Below are positions 19,301 through 28,781 of a stretch of DNA of 64,000 bases, in pieces. The position numbers and the translations under genes were made by a program. Position 1 is the stretch's first letter. The number at the start of each line of letters is the position of its first letter. The stretch lies in contig CBDUZW010000015.1 of assembly GCA_965371805.1 (NCBI GenBank), positions 24,287 to 88,286 of the forward strand, given 5' to 3'. The stretch is from an uncultured bacterium. Lineage in GTDB: Bacteria; Acidobacteriota; Aminicenantia; UBA2199. Below the pieces are notes generated by a model. It worked only from the letters and a program-made list of their open reading frames with translations, had not been told where the DNA came from and searched no databases.

Positions 19301-19490
19301 GAATGGACGTGAAGTGTATTTCGAAATGAAGAAAATTGATAAAAACTGTAGGGTAATGATTTCATCAGGATTCTCAAAAAGTGAGTATATTGATGAATTA
19401 AAAAAAGCAGGACTCTCTGGATTTATCCGAAAACCATTCAGAAATTTTGAGTTGAGTCAACTAATAGCTAATATATTATTAACCAAATAA
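16347..19490 (+). CDS. cytoplasmic hybrid sensor histidine kinase (GAF-like, three PAS, HisKA, HATPase_c, receiver)
   Basis: PAS blocks (NSIGDAVISTD.., FESSMDAILLLD.., INSMPSILIGVD..), H-box GGVAHDFNNML, N/G boxes INASHAM, DIGFGIP, GKGSGLGLS. Receiver with ILLIDDD and IISDMIMPEMNG. No TM segment. Confidence 0.88.
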   Translation: METIFLSSCKNAPVGFKYKTPTEHDLLYNRIALYTDSLEVSYSLLDKFPERVNGLVISKGEAVSHSRIGPELWHFVITKNMIPDLHKTVLFFFEMLSNSQNEENDSKQSEKTYASHLHLLKNKEKINNTILKANDIKQMMSDVLQATLEMFDCDRSWLLYPCDPKTETWRVPMMRTTPDYKDDQVMETDIPVLPEDHEIMEAVLKKKGPVGFGSDNEKPLPSYMTPEFGVKTQLLISLYPKTGKPWIFGLHQCRNNRCWTKEERELLKEISHRLSDALSSLLFLHDLKESEENLRITLNSIGDAVISTDTEGIVTEMNPVAEKLTGWSIQEARKKPLTEILHVLNSHTREPASNPVRKVLESGEVIGLANHTLLISKDGSEYQIADSAAPIRNTDNQVTGVVMVFRDISKEYQLQEELTSSEEKFRTLFESSMDAILLLDLDKGYIDCNPAALNMFAVPTKKKFLQLTPADLSPIYQPDGSLSVDSAKKEIQKSIENGVNYFDWQHKRFDGDEFSASVLATKVKIDNKIFLQGTIRDITKRKQSEVELSHLRNYLYNIINSMPSILIGVDKNCKITQWNKKAEESTGIIADEAQGKILSNVFPRMASEMEKITKSMNTRKIEKDSNRPFQTEKGIQHEDVTIYPLVSNEIEGAVIRIDDVTKKNKLEEQLNHSRKLDAIGQLAGGVAHDFNNMLGGIMGAAELLKHSTRDLDKKSEKLVKMIIEASKRAADLTSKLLIFGRKGKITSKNIDLHSAIDDIIAILKRTIDKRISISVNKNAKISIIKGDRSELESTFINMGINASHAMPKGGELHIKTKNVRLSKSYCDLSLFEIKPGEYIEIEVRDIGFGIPKENLNKIFDPFFTTKKQGKGSGLGLSAAYGAVLDHNGEIKVYSELEKGTVFYILLPCAEEKIDLATKDEIVIIGSGHILLIDDDDIIRDTGKLMLEAMGYNVTLSENGENALRIFREQHNNIDLIISDMIMPEMNGREVYFEMKKIDKNCRVMISSGFSKSEYIDELKKAGLSGFIRKPFRNFELSQLIANILLTK

Positions 19491-19497
19491 AATTATA

Positions 19498-20169
19498 TTA
19501 ATTTACTGATGCAATCATATTATAATAGAAGACAGGAACAAAATTTTCCATATTTTCAATGTTTATCAGTGATGTATTATGTGTAATTAATATTATTGAA
19601 GTCTTGTATGTCTTATTGATTTTAATAATAATTTCAAGCATCTTTTTTTGCGTGTCAACATCCAGGGCTGTAGTTGGCTCATCCAGAATAAATAATTTAG
19701 GTTTTAGTAGTATTCCCATTATTAAAATAATTCTCTGACATTCTCCTTCACTTAATTCAAAAGGATAAGATTCTAATATTCTTTTAGGATCAGGAAATTT
19801 GAGCTCTTTCATCAAATTTTCAATTTCATTAAACTCAATGCTTTTAATATCTTTAAACTGTGTTCTAATCTTTAATACAGGATTTAGAGAAGCTTTTGCA
19901 TTCTGGGGAGAATAAAAAACACCTTTTCCAGTCATTTTTTTTATTTCACTATATTCAACTTCTTTATTATTTAAATAAAACAAACCATTCGTAATTATAA
20001 AGTCTTCTGATAAGAGTCCGGATATAGTCTTTGCAAAAATAGTTTTACCGACTCCTGATTCTCCTGTTAAGACAGTTATCAGGCCTTCAGGAATTTCAAT
20101 ATTTATTTCATTTAGAATATTCTCTTTATGTTTTCTTGCTCTTATTGATAAACCTGATACTTTAATCAA
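19498..20169 (-). CDS. orphan ABC-type ATP-binding protein (DppD/OppD-like, short)
   Basis: Walker A GESGVGKT, signature LSEGECQR, Walker B LFILDEPT, H-loop ITHN. No permease gene is adjacent. Confidence 0.8.
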   Translation of the reverse strand: MIKVSGLSIRARKHKENILNEINIEIPEGLITVLTGESGVGKTIFAKTISGLLSEDFIITNGLFYLNNKEVEYSEIKKMTGKGVFYSPQNAKASLNPVLKIRTQFKDIKSIEFNEIENLMKELKFPDPKRILESYPFELSEGECQRIILIMGILLKPKLFILDEPTTALDVDTQKKMLEIIIKINKTYKTSIILITHNTSLINIENMENFVPVFYYNMIASVN

Positions 20170-20194
20170 TTATAGTTCTCTACCAAATATCCCT

Positions 20195-20572
20195 CTACTT
20201 CATTGCAATAACTTCAATTTCAATAGAAACTGACAAGGGAAGCTCTTTAACAGCAAAAGCTGATCTTGCAGGATATGGTTTATTAAAATATTGAGAATAT
20301 ACTTCATTCACTTTTTTAAAGTCTCCCATATCTTTTAATAAAACTGTGACTTTTACGATGTCATCAAGGCTGGCGTCCTCTTCAAGTAAAACAGCTTTAA
20401 TATTTTTGAATATCTGGTGAGCCTCTGCCTCAACGCCACCCGAAACCAATGCTTTTTTTTCAGGATCAACACCCAGTTGCCCCGATAGAAAGATCATATT
20501 TCCATTTCTGATTCCCTGGGAATATGGTCCGATTGCTGCCGGTGCATTTACAGTTGAAATTTCTTTTTTCAT
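20195..20572 (-). CDS. ridA: RidA/YjgF family reactive-intermediate deaminase
   Basis: 125 aa: APAAIGPYSQG....N.IFLSGQ...DP, ...PARSAFAVKELPL...IEIEVIA. Confidence 0.88.
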   Translation of the reverse strand: MKKEISTVNAPAAIGPYSQGIRNGNMIFLSGQLGVDPEKKALVSGGVEAEAHQIFKNIKAVLLEEDASLDDIVKVTVLLKDMGDFKKVNEVYSQYFNKPYPARSAFAVKELPLSVSIEIEVIAMK

Positions 20573-20583
20573 GTTTTTTCTCC

Positions 20584-21345
20584 TTATGGTATAAATTCAA
20601 TTATATTTGTATTTTTATTTTTTATTCTATTTTTCCAATAATAAATCAATCCCAAACCAGCTATAAACCCTCCAATATGAGCAAGAAAAGCAACTCCGTC
20701 TCCTGCTCCATATGTAAACTGAAAGACAAACCATATAATTAAAAAAACTGATGCGGGAATATCCAAAAAGGTTATAAATATCAAAATAAAAACAAGTGTT
20801 TTTACCTTTGCCTTTGGATATAGTACCAGGTAGGCTCCCATTATCCCAGATACAGCTCCACTCGCCCCAATCACCGGTATCAAAGAGTTCCAGTTAAAAA
20901 CAATGTGCGTCAAACCTGCGAGAATACCAACCAGTAAATAAAAAACAATAAATTTTATTTTCCCAAGATAGTCTTCAATATTGTTTCCGAATATCCAGAG
21001 AAATATCATATTGCCAAACAAGTGCATAAATGATCCATGCATAAACATTGAAGTTAAAAGTGTAGATAGTATTGGAATTTCTCTTTTTACAGAATACACT
21101 CTTCCATAAATATCTTTTACTATTGGTAAATTATACTTTTTTAAATGGGTAATCTCTTTTGGAATCAATGCAAATTTAGATATATTATATCTTAAAGGAT
21201 CTACCTTGCTATCAAATTTTACTTTTATTTCAGATGGGATCGAATAAGATTGAAAAACAAAAATAATAATATTAATAAGAATAAATATTATTGTAATTAT
21301 TGCTGGTTTTTTTGTAGGATTATAATCCTTAATCGGGAATAACAC
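20584..21345 (-). CDS. rhomboid family intramembrane serine protease
   Basis: Multi-TM protein with HGSFMHLFGNM, catalytic GASGAVSGIMGAY and HIGGFIAG. Confidence 0.85.
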   Translation of the reverse strand: MLFPIKDYNPTKKPAIITIIFILINIIIFVFQSYSIPSEIKVKFDSKVDPLRYNISKFALIPKEITHLKKYNLPIVKDIYGRVYSVKREIPILSTLLTSMFMHGSFMHLFGNMIFLWIFGNNIEDYLGKIKFIVFYLLVGILAGLTHIVFNWNSLIPVIGASGAVSGIMGAYLVLYPKAKVKTLVFILIFITFLDIPASVFLIIWFVFQFTYGAGDGVAFLAHIGGFIAGLGLIYYWKNRIKNKNTNIIEFIP

Positions 21346-22753
21346 TTTCTTTTACCTGCTTAATAAAATTGTTTAATCTCTCAATCGAATCCTCTTTGCC
21401 AAAAAACTCAAAGACTTCAAAAACACCCGGACTCACAGTCTCAGTCGTAATGGCTAATCTGGATGGATGGATTAAATCAGCAGCCTTTATCCCATAATCC
21501 TCTGCTATCTTCCTCAAGATTACTTCCACATTTTCTGCATTAAACTGGGTTAATTTTGAAAGACTGTCTACAAGCATGGCCATTCCTGAAATTATTTTTT
21601 CTGAAGAGACAACTTTTTTGATATCTTCTAATTTATAAGTCAGATTTTTTTTAAAATATATAGAGAACTTCTCCTTTATATCCAGGAGTGTTTTCGTTCT
21701 TGGCCTGATCAAGTTAATAAATTTTTCTTTTTTTATTTTGTCAATTTCCCTATAATTATCGTCAAATTTTTCATCTTCTATAAGAAGTCTATAAATATCT
21801 GATACCGGTTTATTTTGAATTGCCTTTGAATTTAAAAAACGCAACTTCTCATAGTCAAACTCAGGACTGTTTTTAGATAATTTTGAAAAATCAATTTTTT
21901 CAATTAACTCTTCCATAAAAAAAATTTTTTTATAATCTCCAGGATTCCAGGACAGTTGAGCTAAGTATGTCAGGAATGCTTCAGCAAGATATCCCCTGCT
22001 TTTAAATTCCAATATAGACGTTTCCCCATGCCTTTTACTTAATTTCTTCTTATCTTGACCAAGTATCAGTGGTAGATGAAAAAATTTTGGGATTTTAAAG
22101 TTCATTGCCCTGTATAAAAGTATTTGTTTAAAAGTATTTGACAAATGATCATCACCTCTTATGACATGAGTAATATCCATATCATGGTCATCAGCTACAA
22201 CAGAAAGATGATATGTAGGTGAACCATCAGATTTTAACAGAACAAAATCCTCAAGTTCTTCGTTTTCAACTTTCAATTCTTTATGTATTTTGTCTTTAAA
22301 AGTGGTTCTTCCCTCTGGAATAAAGAACCTCAACATTGGCTTTTTTCCATTATTTACATGTGTTGCTATCTCTTTTTGGGATAAATTCAAACATTTTCTA
22401 TCATATTTGTATAATTTGTTTCCTTTTCTATTTCTACGTTCCTCGATCTCTTCTGCTGAACAAAAACATTGATATGCAAATTTATTTTTTTCTAATAAAT
22501 CTGCATACTCTTTATATTTTTCAAAATTATCAGATTGATAATAAGGACCTTCATTCCAGTTTATCCCAAGCCATTTCAAACCACCTAAGATTTCTTCAAC
22601 CATTTCTTTTGAGGATCTCTTTATATCAGTATCCTCTATCCTTAAAATCAAAGAACCTTCATTTTTTTTTGTAAATAAGTAGTTTAGAAGAGCGGTCCTT
22701 GCTCCTCCTATATGCAGAAAACCTGTTGGTGATGGTGCAAATCTTACTCTCAT
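21329..22753 (-). CDS. gltX: glutamate--tRNA ligase
   Basis: RFAPSPTGFLHIGGARTAL (HIGH) and KLSKRHG (KMSKS). Confidence 0.95.
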   Translation of the reverse strand: MRVRFAPSPTGFLHIGGARTALLNYLFTKKNEGSLILRIEDTDIKRSSKEMVEEILGGLKWLGINWNEGPYYQSDNFEKYKEYADLLEKNKFAYQCFCSAEEIEERRNRKGNKLYKYDRKCLNLSQKEIATHVNNGKKPMLRFFIPEGRTTFKDKIHKELKVENEELEDFVLLKSDGSPTYHLSVVADDHDMDITHVIRGDDHLSNTFKQILLYRAMNFKIPKFFHLPLILGQDKKKLSKRHGETSILEFKSRGYLAEAFLTYLAQLSWNPGDYKKIFFMEELIEKIDFSKLSKNSPEFDYEKLRFLNSKAIQNKPVSDIYRLLIEDEKFDDNYREIDKIKKEKFINLIRPRTKTLLDIKEKFSIYFKKNLTYKLEDIKKVVSSEKIISGMAMLVDSLSKLTQFNAENVEVILRKIAEDYGIKAADLIHPSRLAITTETVSPGVFEVFEFFGKEDSIERLNNFIKQVKESVIPD

Positions 22754-23532
22754 GACAAGGACATCAATACTCTCTGGCGTTCTGTTACATACCGCATAAT
22801 TTTATTTCTATGTTTTTTGAGTTGTTTATTTGTATCTCCTGAGATAAAACTACATCCCCATAGCATTATTTCTGTCCCCTTATATTTATGCTTACTTCTC
22901 ACAATTGAGTAGATCTCCATCTCCTCATAATCTGTTTTTAATTTGAAAGTTGCAGTAATTTCATCTCCTCTTTCCAACTCCCTTTCCAACATTTTACTAC
23001 CTTCAGATGATTTTAGAGCAAAACCTCCACCTGAGATATCAACCATGATCGCTTCAAAAACTTCAGGTTTATGCTCAAGTACAGAAGACATTACAGTTCT
23101 TTTTCCTTCCCTTTTTATTATATTGAACTTTACAATAACCTGTGGTTTCATAGGAAGTCCAACCCTGAAATATTCCCGCCTTTCTCCATCATTTAATACC
23201 GTTGGAAGGGAAATTTTTAATGCATAGATTCCTCTATCATTTATCTTAAATCTTGTATGTTCAAGTACTTCTGAATTAAAAAGATATCTAAAAGTCTTAA
23301 ATTCAAAAAAAACTTCAATTCTCTCTCCCTTCATCAAAGGTTTTGCATCTGGAGTCTCAATGGAGGCCTCGTCAATAATAATAACTTTTTTTTTAAAATT
23401 CACTTCAAGCATCCGGCTAAGATATACAAATATGTTCCCTTTTTCATAAACAGTAAGGGTAAGATTTTCATTTAGACCGGCGGTATTATCTAAGACATCT
23501 CTCTCCAGTGAACTTAATTCGTTTTTGGCCAT
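22750..23532 (-). CDS. PilZ domain-containing (c-di-GMP-binding) protein
   Basis: PilZ motifs RREYFRV ... MVDISGGGFAL. ATGA overlap with gltX. Confidence 0.7.
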   Translation of the reverse strand: MAKNELSSLERDVLDNTAGLNENLTLTVYEKGNIFVYLSRMLEVNFKKKVIIIDEASIETPDAKPLMKGERIEVFFEFKTFRYLFNSEVLEHTRFKINDRGIYALKISLPTVLNDGERREYFRVGLPMKPQVIVKFNIIKREGKRTVMSSVLEHKPEVFEAIMVDISGGGFALKSSEGSKMLERELERGDEITATFKLKTDYEEMEIYSIVRSKHKYKGTEIMLWGCSFISGDTNKQLKKHRNKIMRYVTERQRVLMSLS

Positions 23533-23778
23533 TTTTATTTTTGCTGTAATTAAAGGATAATTCTATCATTTATATAATTTTTTTTCAATAAACCATTATA
23601 TCCTAAAACTTTTATCAAAATTGTAGCGAAATGTCCAAGATGTCGGTTATAACAAATAAAACGATTGAATCGAATGAAACATAGTTAAACTATTTTGAAA
23701 TAAAAATGATTGAGTTTTATACAGTTAGAATGGGCATATTGGGCATTGCAGTAGAGTTTGATTAAAATTTTAGGTATA

Positions 23779-24711
23779 TTAAAAAACAGGAAAAATTGCC
23801 ATTACAGGACGATGATCTGAAATAGTTGACAAATAATCTGATATTTGATCATCTAATCGTAATGTTTTTATTGAACCTCCTGAATATTCAAAAAAAGCAT
23901 CTCCTGATATAAGGATATGGTCTATCAACTCGCCCCAGGAAGGGTAGGAAGCATTCTCATCTGTTCCCAATAGAGAATCAGTTAAAAACCTATATGAGTT
24001 TGAAGCATCCAGAAAAACCTGGAAAGCATTATCTTCAGGAACTTCATCTATCAGGTCGTTCCAGTCCCCTGCAATTATATAATCTTTTTCTGTCTCATTC
24101 GGGTTATCTATTTTCTCATCAATATAATTCTTCAACTTCAATGCAGCAGCTATTCTGCGGTCAACATTTTCCTGCCCGCTAAATGCCTTTAAATGTATAA
24201 TTATCAGATAAAAATCAAAGTTTTTTCCATTGCTTGCTGCATTTAGATAAAGCAAAAGAGGAGGTCTTGGAAATGCATAATTATCATCTGAAAAAAGCAG
24301 TTCGGAAGATAGAATGCTAACTGTATCTTTTTTATAGATAATCCCTGTTTTCTGATACTCACCACTACTATAAGTATGAGATGAAAGAAAACCATCATAT
24401 TTATCCATTTTATCAGTTAATTTTTTAAATTCATCCTTATCTTCTATCTCCTGAACAGCATATAGATCAATATCAAGTTGTGGAATTATCACTTCCAATT
24501 TTTCAGTAGTATTTGAAGTGAGAGGAAAATTTTCAATATTCCAGGTTGCAATCTCAAGAGTGTCAGAAAATCCTTCAGGATCAACCTTTATTTGAACTAT
24601 GTTATTTTCATTATTCTCTTGTTCAATTTCATCTTGAGGGGAACAGGCAAATAAACCTAGAAACAACATTAATATAACTATTTTATTTAAATTTGTAATA
24701 TTCGATAACAT
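23779..24711 (-). CDS. endonuclease/exonuclease/phosphatase (EEP) family lipoprotein
   Basis: Lipobox LGLFAC. EEP motifs IATWNIENF, GDWND, SDHRPV at the C-terminus. Confidence 0.7.
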   Translation of the reverse strand: MLSNITNLNKIVILMLFLGLFACSPQDEIEQENNENNIVQIKVDPEGFSDTLEIATWNIENFPLTSNTTEKLEVIIPQLDIDLYAVQEIEDKDEFKKLTDKMDKYDGFLSSHTYSSGEYQKTGIIYKKDTVSILSSELLFSDDNYAFPRPPLLLYLNAASNGKNFDFYLIIIHLKAFSGQENVDRRIAAALKLKNYIDEKIDNPNETEKDYIIAGDWNDLIDEVPEDNAFQVFLDASNSYRFLTDSLLGTDENASYPSWGELIDHILISGDAFFEYSGGSIKTLRLDDQISDYLSTISDHRPVMAIFPVF

Positions 24712-24713
24712 TA

Positions 24714-25616
24714 TTAACTCCTGGGATGATGTTTTTGATATGATTCCTGTATTCTGCTTTTTGCAAGATGAGTGTATATTTCTGTAGTTGAGATACTTGA
24801 ATGCCCTAACAAAAGCTGAATAGATCTAAGATCAGCACCATTCTCTACAAGATGGGTTGCAAAAGAATGTCTTAATACATGTGGCGACAAATCAAAGGAA
24901 ATCCCAAGTTTTAATCCATACCCTTTGATTATTTTCCATGCACCTTGCCTTGTAATACTCTGTCCTCTTGAATTCAAATAAATAAAGTTACATGTCTTAT
25001 CCTTTAGAATCAAATTTCTTCCATTATCATAGTATTTCTTTAGATATTCACCAGACTTTTCACCAAAGGGAATAACCCGCTCTTTATTTCCTTTTCCCAT
25101 TACTCTTATAAAGCTTTCATCCAGATAAACATTATTATTCTTCAATCCAATGAGTTCAGATATCCTCAAACCCGTAGCATACATCATTTCAAGAATTGAT
25201 TTATCTCTAATCCCCAGAGGGGTTGATATATCTGGCAGTTCTAACAATTCTGAAACTTCATTTATTGTTAGGTATTTTGGAAGAGTCTGCCATTTTTTTG
25301 GAGTAGAAATACCAGAAAGAGGATTATAGTCCATCAACTCTTCATATATTAGAAAATTATAAAATCCTTTTAAAACTGAGTGCAGGTGAGCTCTTGACTG
25401 CACCTTATTATCACTGTTAATCTTATCTCTAAAAAAAGTCAACACCAGATCTTCATCAATTTTCTGATGATCAAAACCTCCTGTTTTCAGAAAAAATCTA
25501 AATTTTGTAAGTGCTTGCGTGTATGAAACAATTGTATTCTCAGCAAGCCCTCTCTCTATTTGTAAATATATAGTATATTTTTTGAGATTCTTTTCAAATT
25601 CAATTTCGTTAAACAT
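24714..25616 (-). CDS. xerD: site-specific tyrosine recombinase XerD-like
   Basis: GLAENTIVSYTQAL (XerD-type N-terminus), ATGLRISEL, HVLRHSFATHL, LLGHSSISTTEIYTH. Confidence 0.8.
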   Translation of the reverse strand: MFNEIEFEKNLKKYTIYLQIERGLAENTIVSYTQALTKFRFFLKTGGFDHQKIDEDLVLTFFRDKINSDNKVQSRAHLHSVLKGFYNFLIYEELMDYNPLSGISTPKKWQTLPKYLTINEVSELLELPDISTPLGIRDKSILEMMYATGLRISELIGLKNNNVYLDESFIRVMGKGNKERVIPFGEKSGEYLKKYYDNGRNLILKDKTCNFIYLNSRGQSITRQGAWKIIKGYGLKLGISFDLSPHVLRHSFATHLVENGADLRSIQLLLGHSSISTTEIYTHLAKSRIQESYQKHHPRS

Positions 25617-25629
25617 TATTAAACTCGAA

Positions 25630-26247
25630 TTATAGAAAAGGATTTATCTTCTTTTCCTGACCTATGGAAGTAAAGCTTCCATGCCCGGGTAGCACAATGG
25701 TATTATCTGGAAAATCCATTAGTTTTTCAAGAGATTTTTTTATAGTTCCAAAATCACCACCTGGCAGATCTGTCCTGCCTATAGAACCAAAAAAAAGCGT
25801 GTCTCCTGAAAAAATCACATTATCAAAGAGAAGAGATACTGATCCAGGAGTATGGCCCGGGGTATGCAGTACTTTTAGTTTCAAAACACCTTCCTCTATT
25901 AATTCATTATTGCTTAATAATCTCTTTGGTTTTGGTGGTGAGGATAAGCCCAGATTATTTTTTAACTCCATATTAATCGGGGAAAATATTAAATCTTCAT
26001 CATCCTTATGAACCATAATATCAATTTTATATTTTTCACAGCACTCCTTTGCCCCGCCACAATGATCCATATGCCCATGGGTAAGTACTACCGAAAGTGG
26101 ATTTAATCCATTTTCTGAAATAAAGTCATCCATTTCTTCCGACTTATCAGCTGGATCAATTATAAAGCAGGTTTTTGAATCTTCTGAGTAGAAAACATAA
26201 GAGTTGGTTTCTAATTGACCAATAACAAATCTTTTATATTTCAGCAT
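25630..26247 (-). CDS. MBL-fold metallo-hydrolase (glyoxalase II-like)
   Basis: THGHMDHCGG, HTPGHTPGS, GDTLF, PGHG. Confidence 0.8.
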   Translation of the reverse strand: MLKYKRFVIGQLETNSYVFYSEDSKTCFIIDPADKSEEMDDFISENGLNPLSVVLTHGHMDHCGGAKECCEKYKIDIMVHKDDEDLIFSPINMELKNNLGLSSPPKPKRLLSNNELIEEGVLKLKVLHTPGHTPGSVSLLFDNVIFSGDTLFFGSIGRTDLPGGDFGTIKKSLEKLMDFPDNTIVLPGHGSFTSIGQEKKINPFL

Positions 26248-26248
26248 T

Positions 26249-27766
26249 CTACTCTCCCTCTATTATCAGAGAATCACCCGTCATCTCATCCGGCTGATCT
26301 ATATTCATTATTTCAAGAATAGTAGGGACAATATCACAAAGACTCCTGTCATCTTTAAGTTTTAGATCTCCATTATTTATTATTGTCAGAGGAACCGGGT
26401 TTTTTGTATGCGCAGTCATAGGACTTCCATCTTCAAGGGTGGTTTTGTCTGCGTTTCCATGATCTGCCGTAATAATAGAGACACCACCCTTTTCAGTCAT
26501 CTTTTCTACTATCTCTCCAACACACTTATCAACAACCTCAACAGCATCTATAATTGCAGAATACACACCAGTATGTCCTACCATATCACAATTTGCAAAA
26601 TTACATATAATCACATCATATTTATCCGACTCAATAGCCGTCAATAACTTATCTCTAACTTCATAAGCGCTCATCTCAGGCTTCAAATCATAAGTTGCAA
26701 CTTTTGGGCTTTTTACAAGTATCCTGTCCTCGCCTTCAAAAGGATCATCATTTAATGCATTAAAGAAAAAAGTGACATGAGCATATTTTTCAGTTTCTGC
26801 ACACCTCAATTGCTTAAGATCATTTTTTTCAAGAATTTTTCCGAATATGTTTTGATACGCTAGTTCAGGAAAAGCTTCTTTAAAGTTTCCATTATCATAA
26901 TAATGAGTCATTGCTATAAAATGAAGATTATTTGGAACTATTTTGAATTCAGAAAAACCAGGTTCAACCATCGCCCTGGTTATCTGTCTCGTCCTGTCAA
27001 ACCGGAAGTTAAAAAATATTATTACATCATCTGTACCAACACCCTCATACCCAAATATTCTTGGTTTTATGAACTCATCTGTTTCATCATTTGCATAGGC
27101 ATCTTCTATTGCATCCTGCCAATTTGTAATATTTTTGCCCTTTCCTTCCATTATTGCCCGATATCCGATCTCTGTCCGTTCCCAATTAGTATCTCTATCC
27201 ATTGTAAAGTATCTACCCGTTAGAGAAACTATTTCCCCAATCCCGGTCCTGGTTATTCCTTCCTGTAAAAAAGATAAATGCTTAACTGCAGATTTTGGAG
27301 GAGTATCCCTCCCATCAGTTATGGCATGTATTTTGACATTTGAGAAATCGTGAGATTTTATCAGCTCCAATAAGCTGATACAATGTCTTGTTACTGAGTG
27401 AACACCTTCTTCCTGAATCAAACCTATTAAGTGTATTGCAGATTTTTTGTTTTTTGCTATTCTGATGCCTTCTAGAAACGTTTCATTATTGAAAAAACCT
27501 CCATCTGCAATTGATTTATCAATCCTTGTTAAACTTTGATATACAACTCTTCCAGCCCCAATATTTAAATGCCCTACTTCACTATTTCCCTGATAACCCT
27601 CCGGCAAGCCAACACTCTGTCCTGAAGTATTTATAAGAGTGGTAGGATAATCTCTTTCATACCTATCAGTATTAGGTGTTTTTGCCATATATATTGCATT
27701 CCTTTTTTCCTTTTTTCCTTTACCCCATCCATCCCGGATAATCAAACAAATCTTTTTCTTTTTCAT
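26249..27766 (-). CDS. gpmI: 2,3-bisphosphoglycerate-independent phosphoglycerate mutase
   Basis: 505 aa: LIIRDGWG, NSEVGHLNIGAGR, HLIGL.. GVHS, TDGRDT, ADHGNA. Confidence 0.93.
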   Translation of the reverse strand: MKKKKICLIIRDGWGKGKKEKRNAIYMAKTPNTDRYERDYPTTLINTSGQSVGLPEGYQGNSEVGHLNIGAGRVVYQSLTRIDKSIADGGFFNNETFLEGIRIAKNKKSAIHLIGLIQEEGVHSVTRHCISLLELIKSHDFSNVKIHAITDGRDTPPKSAVKHLSFLQEGITRTGIGEIVSLTGRYFTMDRDTNWERTEIGYRAIMEGKGKNITNWQDAIEDAYANDETDEFIKPRIFGYEGVGTDDVIIFFNFRFDRTRQITRAMVEPGFSEFKIVPNNLHFIAMTHYYDNGNFKEAFPELAYQNIFGKILEKNDLKQLRCAETEKYAHVTFFFNALNDDPFEGEDRILVKSPKVATYDLKPEMSAYEVRDKLLTAIESDKYDVIICNFANCDMVGHTGVYSAIIDAVEVVDKCVGEIVEKMTEKGGVSIITADHGNADKTTLEDGSPMTAHTKNPVPLTIINNGDLKLKDDRSLCDIVPTILEIMNIDQPDEMTGDSLIIEGE

Positions 27767-27860
27767 GTATCAAAAATAGCAAAGGGCCCATTAAAAGTCA
27801 AATGAAATAAAGAGCCATGTTTTTATTTGATTTAAACGTAGTTTTAACTTATTCTTTAGT

Positions 27861-28781
27861 ATGAAATTTTTTATTATTATTTTGAGTGTATTATTGTTGT
27901 ATACACATGTATTCAGTGAAAAAGAGACAAAAACCTTGAAAAAGACTTCAATTCTTGCTCAATGGAAACAATCACCCCATGCAAATTCCATGAACACTCC
28001 TGATGAAAGAATTAAAATGAATACAGAAGCCTGTGCACATTGTCATACTACTCAAGGTTTTATAGAAGTTATTCTGGAGGGAAAAGAATCTACAGCCCCC
28101 TATAAGAATGTTAAGGGATTAGGCTGTAATTCCTGTCATTATTCTAAAAAAGAAAGAGTTAATAAGGCGACATCACTACGTGCCGGATCTGTTGGAGATG
28201 CCTGTAACGGTTGTCATGACCTGATCTTTTTAAATAATACAGAGGAATTCTCAACCTGTCCACAGGGATCCCTGGTAAAGGGAACGGGGGGATCTGAATT
28301 TAAAAACAAAGAGTATAAATCTCATGCCCACGGAAAACTTAAAAAAAACTGTGTCTCCTGCCACATGGCACAATCTGAAAAAAGCAAGATCTCTCTAAGG
28401 GTTGGTGGCCATATATTCAGGGTCGTCTCCAAAGGTAAAAAACCAAGGATCTTGAATTCAAATGCATGTATTGACTGTCATAAAGTCATGACCTATGAAA
28501 TAATGCAGCAAAGCCAGAAAAAAACCAAAAAACTGATGGAAGAACTTGCCTCATTATTGCCTTCACGGGATAAAACAGAATATAAAAAAGCAGAAGAACG
28601 CCCCAGGTTACCAAAAGATCCATCTTTAAACATTAACCAGGCAAAAGCGTCGTATAATTATTGGACAATTCTAAAAGATGGTACCTATGGTATTCATAAT
28701 CCGGTTTATATTCGACAGTTATTAACTCACTCTATAGAAGTATTAAAAAAAAGTAAATCTTCTTATCTAAAAACATTATAG
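27861..28781 (+). CDS. secreted pentaheme c-type cytochrome
   Basis: Signal peptide plus five CxxCH motifs (CAHCH, CNSCH, CNGCH, CVSCH, CIDCH). Confidence 0.8.
   Translation: MKFFIIILSVLLLYTHVFSEKETKTLKKTSILAQWKQSPHANSMNTPDERIKMNTEACAHCHTTQGFIEVILEGKESTAPYKNVKGLGCNSCHYSKKERVNKATSLRAGSVGDACNGCHDLIFLNNTEEFSTCPQGSLVKGTGGSEFKNKEYKSHAHGKLKKNCVSCHMAQSEKSKISLRVGGHIFRVVSKGKKPRILNSNACIDCHKVMTYEIMQQSQKKTKKLMEELASLLPSRDKTEYKKAEERPRLPKDPSLNINQAKASYNYWTILKDGTYGIHNPVYIRQLLTHSIEVLKKSKSSYLKTL

Noticed and set aside
23741-23760. TGGGCATATTGGGCATTGC, superficially sigma-54-like
   Set aside because: The GG/GC spacing is wrong in every register, and it is on the wrong strand for both flanking minus-strand genes.
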